Positions 38,092-48,107 of a stretch of DNA of 64,000 nucleotides are shown here, piece by piece. The stretch covers positions 320,001 to 384,000 of the forward strand of contig CAXNJO010000006.1 in the NCBI GenBank assembly GCA_964202905.1. The letters are read 5' to 3'. The notes under the pieces were generated by a model, which was given only the letters and a program-made list of their open reading frames with translations, had not been told where the DNA came from and ran no database searches. Numbering within the stretch: the stretch's first letter is position 1; the number at the start of each line of letters is the position of its first letter. A program made the translations under genes and the position numbers. The stretch comes from Polyangiales bacterium. GTDB lineage: Bacteria > Myxococcota_A > Polyangia > Polyangiales > JADJQN01.

Positions 38092-40382
38092 ATGACGCGA
38101 CCCACCCCCTCTCGCGCCGCCGCTGCGGCCCTCTTGCTTTCCACCGCGCTCGGCGCCTGCGGCGACGACGGCGCGACGCCGACGCGCACCGACGCAGGAC
38201 GCGCCGACGCCGGCCCCGCGGACCTCGGCGCCGACGATCTCGGCGCCGACGATCTCGGCCCCGACGATCTCGGCCCTGGCGATGCAGGCGACGTCGACGC
38301 GGCGGTCGCCCGCGTGGTCTCGGTGTTCGACGTGCAGGACGTCGGGCGCGCCACGTACGCGCCGCCGGGCACGCTCGTGCGGCTCGAGGGCGTGCGCGTC
38401 ACGGCCGTCGACGCGCTGCGCGAGGCGGGACTCGGCGGCGTCGGCGACGTGTGGATCCAGGACCCGGCCGCGGGGCTCTACTCGGGCGTGCAGGTCTATC
38501 AACCCACGCTCGTCCCCTGCGCGGGCGCGGCGTCCGTGGCGCGTGGCGACGTCGTCTCCGTCGAGGGCTTCACGGCCGAGTTCGCCGTGCCGAGCGACAC
38601 GAGCGGCGAGACGGTGACCGAGCTCGTCGGCGCGCTCGTCACGTGCACCACGCCCGCCGGAACCGCGGGCGCGCTCCCCGCCGACGCGGTGCTCGCGTCG
38701 CCGGGCTTCCTCGGGACACCCGCGACCGCCGAGCCCTACGAGGGCGTCCCCGTCGTGCTCACGGGCGTCGACGCGCTCGCGCTGCCCGACATGTTCGGCG
38801 CGTTCCCGGTCACGGGCGAGGTGCTCGTGGACGACGCGCTCTACGCGCACCCCGTCTCGCGGCGCGACCGCTTCCTGCGCCTCGCCGGGCTCGTGCACTA
38901 CACGTTCGGCGCGGTGCGCCTGTTCCCGCGTGACGCAGCCGACATCCTGCTCGACGCGCCGCGCCCGCTCGAAGATCTCGGCGGCGCGTGGGCCTGCGCG
39001 GACCGCGCGGACTCGGACGGCGACACGCTCGTCGACTGCGCCGACCCCGACTGCTCGCGCTCCGCGTTCTGCGTCGCCTCGCCCACGCGCCTGCGCGTGC
39101 AGGACGTGCAGGACCCGGCGGCCGCGCTGCATCCCGCGATCGGCGCGCGCGTCGTCCTCGAGGGGCCGCTCGTCGTGACGGCGATCGACGCCTTCGCCGA
39201 GGCGGGCGGGACCGGCAGCGTCGGCAGCGTCTACGTGCAGGACGTCGCGGCCGCGTCGCCCGCGTTTTCGGGCGTGATGGTCTTCCTGCCGACGAGCATC
39301 GGCTGCGACGAGCGCCCGCTCGCGGTCGGCGATCAGGTCTTCGTCGCCGGCCGCTACGAGGAGTACGCGGGCGACCCGCCGGACACCTCGGTGGGCACGC
39401 TCACGGAGATCGTCGGCGGCACCGTCGCGTGCGTCTCCGCGGGTCCCGTCCCTGCGCCCGTGCTCGTCGCCGACCCCGCCATTCTCGCGGGAAACACGCC
39501 GCGCGAGGCGGGGACGGGCGAGCCCTACGAGGGCGTGCTCGTCGAGCTGCGCGGCCTCGACGTGACCTCCGCGCCGGGGCCGTTCGGCGAGTGGCGCGTG
39601 CAGAGCGTGCTCCGCGTCGACGACGACCTCCACGCCGCGACGCCCGCGCCCGCCTCGGGGGAGCGCATCGGCTCCCTCGTCGGCGTGCGTCTCCTCGGCG
39701 AACGGCAACTACCAGCTCGAGCCCCGCAGCGCGGCCGACGTCGTGCGCGTCCCGCGTGAGACCACCGCGACGCTCTGCGGCAACGGCGTCGACGACGACG
39801 TGGACGGCCTCGCCGACTGCGCCGATCTCGACTGCTGCGGCGTGCCCGCGTGCTCCGGCGACCTCGTCCTCTCCGAGGTCGCTTACGACGCGGTCGGGCG
39901 CCGACGACGGCAACGAGTGGATCGAGGTGTTCAACCCGGGGCCCGGGGCCGCGCAGCTCGGCTGCTTCCTCGTCGGCAGCGGCGCGACCTCGTGGGGCGC
40001 GTCGACGCCGAACCTCCCCGCGCGCACCGTCGCCCCCGGCGAGTGCCTCGTCGTCGGCGGTCCCACCACGTGCGGCACGGGCACCTGCGGGGTCGCCATC
40101 GACTTCGCGCCCGACCTGCCCAACACGTCCTCCGCGGCGGTCCCGGGCGTCGGCCTCTTCCGCGGCGCGACCGTCGGCGCGATGAGCGTCCCGGTCGACG
40201 CGGTCACCTACGGCGCCGGCACGCCGCTGCTCGTGTCGCCCTCGGGCACCGTGTTCGCCGCCGCGAGCGTGGGTGCGGCCGTCGCGCCCCGCTCGGTCGA
40301 GCGTTTCGGCGCGCCTGCGGCGGCGACCTGGCGCGTGCAGACGACGCCCACCCCCGGCGTCTGCGCCGCGATCACGCCCTGA
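38092..40382 (+). pseudogene. Lipoprotein with two OB-fold-like repeats and a lamin-tail (LTD)-like domain; two +1 frameshifts (real or assembly error)
   Basis: Lipobox LGAC and duplicated EPYEGV modules. Removing one base near 39688 and one G at 39896-39898 gives a continuous ...NYQLEPRS...LVLSEVAYDAVGADDGNEWIEVFN... to stop 40382. Confidence 0.7.
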
Positions 40383-40517
40383 TCGGCGCCCCGCCTCGCC
40401 GCGCGTTTCGGGCCGGTTTCCACGACGAAACGCGCAGCGCGCCGCTTCGGTAACTTCGCGCGCAGGGCCCGCGCGGACCTCGACGCGGTGCGTCGTGGCG
40501 CGGCACAACGCCTGCCC

Positions 40518-41729
40518 ATGGAGATCGACGCCGGAAGCACCGCGTGGCTCATCGTCGCGACGGCGATGGTGCTCTTGATGACCCCGGGCCTCGCGCTGTT
40601 CTACGGCGGCATGGTCCGCCGCAAGAACGTGCTCTCGTCCCTGATGCACTCGTTCTTCGCGATCGCGCTGCTCTCGGTGTTCTGGGTCGCGCTCGGCTAC
40701 TCGCTCGCCTTCGGCGCCGACCACGGCGGGCTCATCGGTGGCCTCGAGCACGCGGGCTTCGCGGGCGTCGGCACGGAGGCGAAGGGCCGCATCCCGCACC
40801 TGCTCTTCGCTGCGTTTCAGGGGATGTTCGCGGTGATCACGCCCGCGCTCATCAGCGGCGCCGTCGCCGAGCGCGTGAAGTTCTCGACCTACGCCGTCTT
40901 CATCCTGCTCTGGGCCGCGCTCGTCTACGCGCCCGTCGCGCACTGGGTGTGGGCCGACGGCGGCTGGCTGCTCCGCCTCGGCGCGCTCGACTTCGCCGGG
41001 GGCACCGTGGTGCACGCGATCAGCGGCGTCACGGCCCTCGTGTTCGCGACGATGGCCGGGCCGCGCGTCGGCTTCGGGCGCGAGCGCTTCATCCCGCACG
41101 ACCTGCCGATGATGGCGATCGGCACCGGGCTCCTGCTCTTCGGCTGGGTCGGCTTCAACGGGGGCAGCGCGCTCGCGGCCGACGGGGTCGCCGCGCTCGC
41201 GGTCGTGACGACGTGGCTCGCCGCCGCCGCGGGCGGGCTCTCCTGGTCGCTCGCCGAGTGGGTGCGCCACAAGAAGCCGAGCATGCTCGGCTGCGCGTCG
41301 GGCCTCGTCGCCGGGCTCGTCGCGATCACGCCGGGCGCGGGCTTCGTCTCACCGCTCTCTGCGCTCGTCATCGGCGGGCTCGCGGGCCTCGTTTGCTACG
41401 GGGCCGTCATCCTCAAGACGCGCGCGGGCTACGACGACGCCCTCGACGCCTTCGGCGTGCACGGCGTCGGCGGCATCTTCGGCGCCATCGCGACGGGCGT
41501 CTTCTCGAGCCGCGCGCTCAACCCCGCCGGTCGCGACGGCCTGCTCCACGGCAACCCCGCCCAGGTCGGCATCCAGGCCCTCGGCGTGCTCGCGGCCTGC
41601 GCGTACGCGGCCGTCGTCAGCGCGCTCCTGCTCGCCGTCCTCCGCGCGACGATGGGCCTGCGCGTCGACGAGACCGCCGAGCGCGAAGGCCTCGACGCGA
41701 GCTGCCACGGCGAAGAGGCGTATCACTGA
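40518..41729 (+). CDS. amtB: Ammonium transporter
   Basis: MTPGLALFYGG, DFAGGTVVH, FGWVGFNGGS, DDALDAFGVHG, GLDASCHGEEAY. Confidence 0.97.
   Translation: MEIDAGSTAWLIVATAMVLLMTPGLALFYGGMVRRKNVLSSLMHSFFAIALLSVFWVALGYSLAFGADHGGLIGGLEHAGFAGVGTEAKGRIPHLLFAAFQGMFAVITPALISGAVAERVKFSTYAVFILLWAALVYAPVAHWVWADGGWLLRLGALDFAGGTVVHAISGVTALVFATMAGPRVGFGRERFIPHDLPMMAIGTGLLLFGWVGFNGGSALAADGVAALAVVTTWLAAAAGGLSWSLAEWVRHKKPSMLGCASGLVAGLVAITPGAGFVSPLSALVIGGLAGLVCYGAVILKTRAGYDDALDAFGVHGVGGIFGAIATGVFSSRALNPAGRDGLLHGNPAQVGIQALGVLAACAYAAVVSALLLAVLRATMGLRVDETAEREGLDASCHGEEAYH
41622..41729 (+). repeat. Direct repeat copy 1 (3' end of amtB)
   Basis: 108 bp matching 42840-42947 with 4 mismatches by manual alignment. 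The last 88 bp differ at one position. Confidence 0.95.
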
Positions 41730-41854
41730 CGCGTGCGGTGCGTGGGCAGCCGACGGTCTCGCGATGCCTCCCATGGAGCCGGCCGGGGTCGGCAGACACC
41801 GCGCGGGTTCGACGAGCCTCCGGCCTACACAACGCAGAGGCGCGCCGCTTCGGC

Positions 41855-42787
41855 TCAGTCAACCGTGAAGTAGTTCTGATCGATCTCGAGTAGCTCGACC
41901 GCACGTTCCGCGCGTACACCCACCTTGTAACGCATCATGAGGTCTAGGAGCCGAGTCCCATCAATCAACACGATCTTCGTCTGACTCCCCCGTTGCACGA
42001 ACTCATGCGCGGAGGCCGCGAACGAACTGGTCGTGATGAACACTCCCTTGGTCACTCCTTGTCCCGCCAGCGACCCAATGAACGCCTGAATCTCTTTCCG
42101 TGAGACGACCTGATCGGGATGGAAGCGTTTGGCCTGTACGAGGACCTGATCGAGGCCGAGCACATCCTGGTTGATGCGGCCGTCGATGCCTTCATCGCCG
42201 CTTCGGCCGGTGTGAATTACCCCATCCGCGGCCATGTCGCCGTAACCCATCTTGGTCAGCACCTCCAACACGAGACGCTCGAAGAACGCAGGGCTCTGCT
42301 GCAAGATGGCCTCGAGAAGTCGCTGTCTGACCTCGGAATGAATCACGTTCACGGCTGCATCGATGTCTTCGACGGGGGTACGCACGTTCGCGGGGGCTTG
42401 GGCCGTCGTGTCGTCTCCGGATCCACCGTCGTTGTCAGAACTCGTAGGCCGCGCCAGGAACTGGCGAAACTCTGCGAACGTCAACAGTCGTTCTCGCGTG
42501 ATATCCCCGACGTGCTGCGCCAGAAAGGCTCTCCCGGTGTCGGTCGCTCGATACGTCTTCGGTGAAACCCTCGAGATCAGGCCCGCTTTCGTGAGGTATG
42601 TCATCGCCCAGCCAGCGCGATTCTGAACGAGTCTGCTGTGGCCGCTGGGAATCATCTGAGCCCTTTCCGCGGGTGAGAGGCGGAAGTGCTCGGCCATGTT
42701 CGTCTCGATCGAGGCACGCGTGATCCCTTCACGAGCCGCCAGTTCGAGGATGGGACGCATCATCAGGTCATAGGTCGGGATGGTCAT
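41855..42787 (-). CDS. mrr: Mrr-family type IV restriction endonuclease
   Basis: Mrr_N (MTIPTYDLMMRPIL..NRAGWAMTYL) and Mrr_cat (FFERLV, DEGIDG, QAKR, KGVFITTS, LIDG). Confidence 0.93.
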   Translation of the reverse strand: MTIPTYDLMMRPILELAAREGITRASIETNMAEHFRLSPAERAQMIPSGHSRLVQNRAGWAMTYLTKAGLISRVSPKTYRATDTGRAFLAQHVGDITRERLLTFAEFRQFLARPTSSDNDGGSGDDTTAQAPANVRTPVEDIDAAVNVIHSEVRQRLLEAILQQSPAFFERLVLEVLTKMGYGDMAADGVIHTGRSGDEGIDGRINQDVLGLDQVLVQAKRFHPDQVVSRKEIQAFIGSLAGQGVTKGVFITTSSFAASAHEFVQRGSQTKIVLIDGTRLLDLMMRYKVGVRAERAVELLEIDQNYFTVD

Positions 42788-42839
42788 GGCGTTGCGGCGA
42801 AGAGGGTAGTTGTCTCGCCCAACGCGCTGCAATGAATAT

Positions 42840-42947
42840 GCGCTCCTTCTCGCCATCCACCGCGCGACGATGGGCCTGCGCGTCGACGAGACCGCCGAGC
42901 GCGAAGGCCTCGACGCGAGCTGCCACGGCGAAGAGGCGTACCACTGA
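42840..42947 (+). repeat. Direct repeat copy 2 (orphan amtB 3' fragment)
   Basis: Near-identical to 41622-41729, including the stop codon. Confidence 0.95.
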
Positions 42948-43003
42948 GCGCGTCTTGCGATGCACGCGCCGGGGTCGGGTCGCCGGGTGCTACGGTCCCA
43001 CCC

Positions 43004-43246
43004 ATGCGCCTCGAGACGCTGCCGGGCTGGACGAATGCCGAGGACGAGCTCGTCCGCGAGAACGCGGAGCGCTGGCGCGCGATGTCGGTGGCGGAGCGCT
43101 GGCGTGAGGTCGAGGCCTGCGCGCGGGACGTGCTGTGGGCCGTCCGCGCCAGCCCCTTCCCGGAGCGCGTGCTCGGCTACGAAGACCCGCTCCCGGAGAG
43201 CACGCTCGCGGCGCTTCGGCGTCTCCGCGCGGATCGCAGGGAATGA
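43004..43246 (+). CDS. Small putative partner protein of a TA-like pair
   Basis: 80 aa with a RAMSVAER motif. ATGA coupling to the downstream nucleotidyltransferase. Confidence 0.6.
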   Translation: MRLETLPGWTNAEDELVRENAERWRAMSVAERWREVEACARDVLWAVRASPFPERVLGYEDPLPESTLAALRRLRADRRE

Positions 43247-43812
43247 GCGCGCTGCAACGCACCGCGGCCGAGGCGGGACGCGCGATCGCCGACGCGCTCG
43301 GTGCCGCGGGCGTCCCCTACGCGCTCGGGGGTGCACTCGCGCTCGCCGTGGCCGGTGTTCCGCGCGGCACGCGGGACGTCGATGTGAATGTGTTCGTCGG
43401 GATCGACGCACTCGACGGAGTCTTCGATGCGCTCGTTGCTCTCGGCATCACGCTCGACCGCGAGGCCGCGCGGGCGCGCGCCGCGCGGGATGGGCTGTTC
43501 GTCGGCGTGTGGGATGGCATGCGCGTCGACGTGTTCGTCCCGAGCATTCCGTTCTCGGACGAGGCGGCGCGCACGCGGGTCGAGATCGACGTCGACGGTT
43601 GGCGAGGCTTTTTCCTCGCGCCGGAGGCCATCGCCGTCTTCAAGCTGCTCTTCTTCCGCGCGAAGGATGTCGGCGATCTCGGTCAACTCATCGCGGTCCG
43701 TCGCGAGGCACTCGATCGCGGCTACGTGCGCCGCTGGCTGGCCGACATGATGGGCGAGGAAGACGAGCGGGTGCGGCGTTGGGACGAACTCGTCGCCCGC
43801 TACGCCGGCTGA
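43243..43812 (+). CDS. Pol-beta superfamily nucleotidyltransferase (DUF6036/AbiEii-like)
   Basis: GGALA..GVPRGTRDVD and KLLFFRAKDVGDL motifs. Confidence 0.8.
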   Translation: MSALQRTAAEAGRAIADALGAAGVPYALGGALALAVAGVPRGTRDVDVNVFVGIDALDGVFDALVALGITLDREAARARAARDGLFVGVWDGMRVDVFVPSIPFSDEAARTRVEIDVDGWRGFFLAPEAIAVFKLLFFRAKDVGDLGQLIAVRREALDRGYVRRWLADMMGEEDERVRRWDELVARYAG

Positions 43813-43858
43813 GCGCGGTCGCTCATGCGCCGCGCCTCCGCGCGGTCAGTCCTCGCCG

Positions 43859-44770
43859 TCAGTCGTCCCCATCCTCGTCGTCCTCGTCCTCGCGGTGCGT
43901 GACGGACGCGAGCGCGCGGTCCTCGGCCCCGTGCATCAGCAACCCGACGAGCGTGCCGAGCCCCGCGAGCGAGACGCCCGCGGCGATGGCCGGGACGATC
44001 GCGCGATCCCGCGCGCGCTCCTCGATCGCCAGCGGCGCGAGCGCGACGCCCACCCCGGCGGCGGCCGTCAGCGCGAGCAGCACGAGCCCGCCCGCGCGCG
44101 TCCCGCCCCGCGTCTCGTACTCGACCGTGACGCGGTCGCCCTCCTCGATCGGCAGCAGGTGCGCGACCTCGCGTCGCGGCAGCCCCGCCCGCGCGAGGGC
44201 GATGCGATAGAGGCCGGTGCGCAGCGGGAGCACGCACGGCGTCGCGCAGAGCGGCGCCAGCGCGCTGCCCGCAGGGGCCGCGTCGACCTGCACGCGCTCA
44301 CCGCCGCGGCTCCGGATGCGGATGCGCGTCGCGGACGACGACGCTGCGGCCGTCGCATACGGCGCGGCCGGGGCCATCGGGATCGCCTCTGCACCCGGTG
44401 CTGCCGTGGCAGTCGGTGTTGCCGTGGCAGTCGGTGTTGCCGTGGCACCCGGTGTTGCAATTGCATCCCGATTGTCATCTGCAACAGATGTTGCAGATGC
44501 AACCCGATTGTCGTTGGGCAGCTCGCCTGCGGGCCCGGCGAAGCCGACGTCGGCCGCCGCGACGCGGCGCGTCTCGCCGGTGATCAGCACGATGGTCACG
44601 TGATCGCCGACGACGAACTCCGCGATCGTCCCGCGCAGGAGGCCCCCGTCGCGCAGCCGCACGACGTCGGGCGCGGCGGTGAGGCCCTGCGCGGCGGCGT
44701 GCTCCGTGGCCGCGAGCGCGATCAGCGCGAAGACCAGCGGGGCGAGAGACGCGAGGGCGCGGCGCGGCAT
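43859..44770 (-). CDS. Hypothetical secreted/membrane protein
   Basis: Signal peptide, DVVRLRDGGLLRGTI domain, TPTATA linker, LCATPC, two C-terminal TM helices. Confidence 0.65.
   Translation of the reverse strand: MPRRALASLAPLVFALIALAATEHAAAQGLTAAPDVVRLRDGGLLRGTIAEFVVGDHVTIVLITGETRRVAAADVGFAGPAGELPNDNRVASATSVADDNRDAIATPGATATPTATATPTATAAPGAEAIPMAPAAPYATAAASSSATRIRIRSRGGERVQVDAAPAGSALAPLCATPCVLPLRTGLYRIALARAGLPRREVAHLLPIEEGDRVTVEYETRGGTRAGGLVLLALTAAAGVGVALAPLAIEERARDRAIVPAIAAGVSLAGLGTLVGLLMHGAEDRALASVTHREDEDDEDGDD
44396..44512. repeat. 18-bp tandem repeats plus AT-richer palindromes inside a CDS linker
   Basis: cggtgYtgccgtggcagt-like unit x3, TGCAATTGCA (44456-44465), 11-bp inverted repeat 44476-44499, cccgattgtc at 44467 and 44503. 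Confidence 0.8.
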
Positions 44771-44869
44771 GGCGCCGACGCTACCACGCGCCGATCGCGC
44801 GCCCTGCTGCGCGCGCGTGCGAAGGGGGTGGGGGTCTGATAAACCCGCGACCGCCAACGGAGGTCCATC

Positions 44870-46273
44870 ATGGCGACGCGCACCGAGTCCGATTCCATGG
44901 GCACGCTCGAGGTCCCGGCCGAGATGTACTGGGGCTGTCAGACCCAGCGCTCCAAGCAGAACTTCCGTATCGGCGAGGAGCGCATGCCGCGCGAGGTCGT
45001 CCGCGCCTTCGGCATCCTCAAGAAGGCCGCCGCCCTCACGAACCACGAGCTCGGCGTGCTCCCGGCCGACAAGCGCGACCTCATCGCGACCGCGGCCGAC
45101 GAGGTCATCGCGGGCAAGCTCGACGCGCACTTCCCGCTCGTCGTCTGGCAGACGGGCTCGGGCACGCAGTCGAACATGAACGTCAACGAGGTCATCTCGA
45201 ACCGCGCGATCGAGATCGCGGGCGGCGTGATGGGCTCGAAGAAGCCCATCCACCCGAACGACGACGTCAACAAGTCGCAGTCCTCCAACGACACCTACCC
45301 GACGGCCATGCACATCGCCGCCGTCGAGCAGATCGAGGCCTACCTCTTCCCGCGCGTGCGCGTGCTCCGCGACACGCTCGCGGCGAAGTCCGAGGCCTTC
45401 GCGGGCATCGTGAAGATCGGCCGCACGCACCTGCAGGACGCGACGCCGCTCACGCTCGGCCAGGCGATGAGCGGCTGGGTCGCGCAGCTCGACGCCGCGC
45501 TCGACGCCATCACGCGCACGCTCCCGCAGCTCCGCCAGATCGCGCTCGGCGGCACGGCCGTCGGCACCGGGCTCAACGCGCCGGAGGGCTACTCGGAGCT
45601 CGTCGCCGCGACGATCAGCACGATCGCGGGCCGCGATTTTCAGAGCGCGCCCAACAAGTTCGCGGCGCTCGCGGGGCACGACGCCTTCGTCGGCACGCAC
45701 GGCGCGCTCAAGCAGCTCGCCGCGGCGTGCATGAAGATCGCGAACGACGTGCGCTGGCTCGCGAGCGGCCCGCGCTGCGGCATCGGCGAGCTCACGATCC
45801 CCGAGAACGAGCCCGGCTCCTCGATCATGCCCGGCAAGGTCAACCCGACGCAGAGCGAGGCCATGACGATGGTCTGCTGCCAGGTCTTCGGGAACGACGC
45901 GACCATCGGCTTCGCCGCGAGCCAGGGCAACTTCGAGCTCAACGTCTTCAAGCCCGTGCTCGCCTACAACATGCTCCAGTCGGTGCGCCTGCTCGCCGAT
46001 GCGTGCGAGTCGTTCGAGGAGCACTGCGCGCGCGGCATCGAGCCGAACCTCCCGGTCATCGAGAAGCACGTGAACGGCTCGCTCATGCTCGTCACCGCGC
46101 TCAACCCGCGCATCGGCTACGACAACGCCGCCAAGGTCGCGAAGCACGCGCACAAGACGGGCAGCACGCTGCGCGAGGCGGCGATCGCGCTCGGGCTGCT
46201 CGGCGGCGAGGAGTTCGATCAGCTCGTCCGCCCCGCCGACATGGTCGGCAACCTCCAACTCCCGAAGGGCTGA
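44870..46273 (+). CDS. fumC: Class II fumarate hydratase
   Basis: [49 protein letters not shown]. Confidence 0.98.
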   Translation: MATRTESDSMGTLEVPAEMYWGCQTQRSKQNFRIGEERMPREVVRAFGILKKAAALTNHELGVLPADKRDLIATAADEVIAGKLDAHFPLVVWQTGSGTQSNMNVNEVISNRAIEIAGGVMGSKKPIHPNDDVNKSQSSNDTYPTAMHIAAVEQIEAYLFPRVRVLRDTLAAKSEAFAGIVKIGRTHLQDATPLTLGQAMSGWVAQLDAALDAITRTLPQLRQIALGGTAVGTGLNAPEGYSELVAATISTIAGRDFQSAPNKFAALAGHDAFVGTHGALKQLAAACMKIANDVRWLASGPRCGIGELTIPENEPGSSIMPGKVNPTQSEAMTMVCCQVFGNDATIGFAASQGNFELNVFKPVLAYNMLQSVRLLADACESFEEHCARGIEPNLPVIEKHVNGSLMLVTALNPRIGYDNAAKVAKHAHKTGSTLREAAIALGLLGGEEFDQLVRPADMVGNLQLPKG

Positions 46274-46274
46274 G

Positions 46275-47258
46275 ATGCGCGTCCTCCTCACCGGCGCGAC
46301 CGGCTTCCTCGGCTCGCACATCGCGGAGCAGCTCGCGGCGCGCGGCGACGTCGTGCGCGCGCTCGTGCGCCGCTCGTCGAAAATCGACGCGCTCGAGCGC
46401 CTCGGCGCCGAGCTCGCGTACGCGAACCTCGAGAAGGGCGAGGGCCTCGAGGCCGCGCTCGACGGCGTCGATTGCGTGATCCATTGCGCGGGCGTCGTGA
46501 AGGCGCTCGACGAGGCGGGCTTCCTCGAGGTCAACGAGCACGGCACGCGCAACCTCGTCGAGGCCGCGCGCCGCGTCGCGGGCCGCGTGCGCCGCTTCGT
46601 CTACATCTCCTCGCACGAGGCGTGGGGCCCGGCCGAGCCCGGCGTGATGCCGACGGAGGACATGCCCCCGCGCCCCATCACGATGTACGGCCGCAGCAAG
46701 CTCGCGGGCGAGCGCGCCGTGCTCGCCGCGGCCGGCGACATGCCCGTCACCGTCCTGCGCCCCACGGGCATCTACGGCCCGCGTGACGCCGAGATCTTCC
46801 AGCTCTTCGCCATCGCCAACCGCGGCGTGCTCCCGCTCATCAACCGCCGCACGAGCCGCTTCACGATGGTCTACGGCCCCGACTGCGCCGCCGCGGCGGT
46901 GACCGCGCTCGACGTCGATCACCCGAGCGGCAGCGTCTACTTCGTGACCGACGGCGCCGTCTACACCTGGGAGGACGCCATCGGCATCGTCGAGGGCGCC
47001 ATCGGCCGCCGCGCGCGCCTGCGCTTCGAGATCCCGGGCTTCGCGGTGCACGCCGTCGCCATCGCCTCCGAGCTCTCGATGAAGCTCACGCGCAAGCCGC
47101 AGATCGTGACGCGCGAAAAGGTCGGCATCCTGCGCGCGCCCAACCTCGTGATCAGCGCCGAGAAGATCCAGCGCGAGCTCGGCTGGAAACCGACCCTCGG
47201 CTTCGCCGAAGGCGCCCGCGTCACCGTCGCCTGGTACCGCGAGCACGGCTGGCTCTGA
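46275..47258 (+). CDS. NAD-dependent epimerase/dehydratase (extended SDR)
   Basis: TGATGFLG, YGRSK, RPTGIYGP. Confidence 0.92.
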   Translation: MRVLLTGATGFLGSHIAEQLAARGDVVRALVRRSSKIDALERLGAELAYANLEKGEGLEAALDGVDCVIHCAGVVKALDEAGFLEVNEHGTRNLVEAARRVAGRVRRFVYISSHEAWGPAEPGVMPTEDMPPRPITMYGRSKLAGERAVLAAAGDMPVTVLRPTGIYGPRDAEIFQLFAIANRGVLPLINRRTSRFTMVYGPDCAAAAVTALDVDHPSGSVYFVTDGAVYTWEDAIGIVEGAIGRRARLRFEIPGFAVHAVAIASELSMKLTRKPQIVTREKVGILRAPNLVISAEKIQRELGWKPTLGFAEGARVTVAWYREHGWL

Positions 47259-47275
47259 CGGCCAGCCGGCTGGCT
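47251..47275 (+). repeat. 25-bp direct repeat copy 1 (includes the epimerase stop codon)
   Basis: ggctctgacggccagccggctggct, identical to 48009-48033. Confidence 0.9.
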
Positions 47276-47364
47276 CTCGGCTGGCGGTGGCCGATTCGAA
47301 TGGCCTTCCGCGATGGTCGCCGGTGGTGGCGCGCCGAACGGGCGAGTCGTGCGATTCTCCACCC

Positions 47365-47949
47365 ATGTCGACGGATCCAGCACATCGCCTCGCGACCTAC
47401 GACGACGTACTCGCCGCGGGCGATGCGCGCGTCGAGGTCATGGGAGGTCATCTCGAGGTGCTGCCGTCTCAGCGGCCGCGGCCGCGGCATGGGCGGGTTG
47501 CGCGGGCGCTCGCCGGGGCGATCGGCGCACCGTTCGACGATGACGATGGCCGTGGCGGCCCCGGGGGCTGGTGGATCCTCGCCGAGGTCGACGTGCGGTT
47601 CGGCCGACACGACATCGTGCGTCCGGACCTCTCCGGTTGGCGTCGCGAGCGGCTCACCGACCTCGATGCACTGCCCGTCGATGTGCGCCCTGACTGGGTG
47701 TGCGAGGTGCTGTCGCCGGGGAGTCGGCTCCGCGACACGCGCGACAAACGACGCCTCTTCGCGGTGTCGGGCGTGCCGCACTACTGGCTGCTCGATCCGG
47801 ATGACCAGACGCTGCTCGCCCTGACCCTCGACGGCGAACGTTGGGTGGAACAGGGCCTCTACGCGCCGGGCGACGTCGTGCGCGTGGCGCCGTTCGAGGC
47901 CGTCGAACTCGACGTGGGGCGTCTGTTTCCGCCCGGCCGCCCCGGCTGA
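47365..47949 (+). CDS. Uma2-family PD-(D/E)xK endonuclease
   Basis: GGPGGWWIL.E, VRPDLSGWRRER, PDWVCEVLSP, GVPHYWLLDP. Confidence 0.92.
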   Translation: MSTDPAHRLATYDDVLAAGDARVEVMGGHLEVLPSQRPRPRHGRVARALAGAIGAPFDDDDGRGGPGGWWILAEVDVRFGRHDIVRPDLSGWRRERLTDLDALPVDVRPDWVCEVLSPGSRLRDTRDKRRLFAVSGVPHYWLLDPDDQTLLALTLDGERWVEQGLYAPGDVVRVAPFEAVELDVGRLFPPGRPG

Positions 47950-48008
47950 GCGCGGTGTGCTCGGACGCGTATCCCATCGCCTCACGACGCGCAGAGAGCC
48001 AGCCGTCC

Positions 48009-48033
48009 GGCTCTGACGGCCAGCCGGCTGGCT
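48009..48033 (+). repeat. 25-bp direct repeat copy 2
   Basis: Identical to 47251-47275. Confidence 0.9.
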
Positions 48034-48107
48034 GTGTCCGTCGTCTCGTGCACGCACCGCGCGCACCGCGCGCAACGCGCGTCGCGCGCGCGGCGTGCGC
48101 GCCGCCG

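Larger units (their letters stand above)
41730..42947. mobile_element. Integrase-less ~1.2-kb islet carrying mrr at the amtB 3' end
   Basis: Lower-GC cargo bounded by a duplicated amtB 3' end. Confidence 0.6.

Noticed and set aside
38221..38283. 15-bp tandem repeats
   Set aside because: They encode a DLG(A/P)D low-complexity linker common in these lipoproteins and are not an independent element.
40501..40515. Sigma-54-like CGGCAC-N5-CTGC before amtB
   Set aside because: The spacing fits GG-N10-GC, but the implied start site would fall downstream of the conserved ATG at 40518.
41855..43411. 518-aa Mrr as given in the ORF track
   Set aside because: The extension runs through the amtB duplicate and the antisense TA genes. 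The Mrr_N domain starts at ATG 42787.
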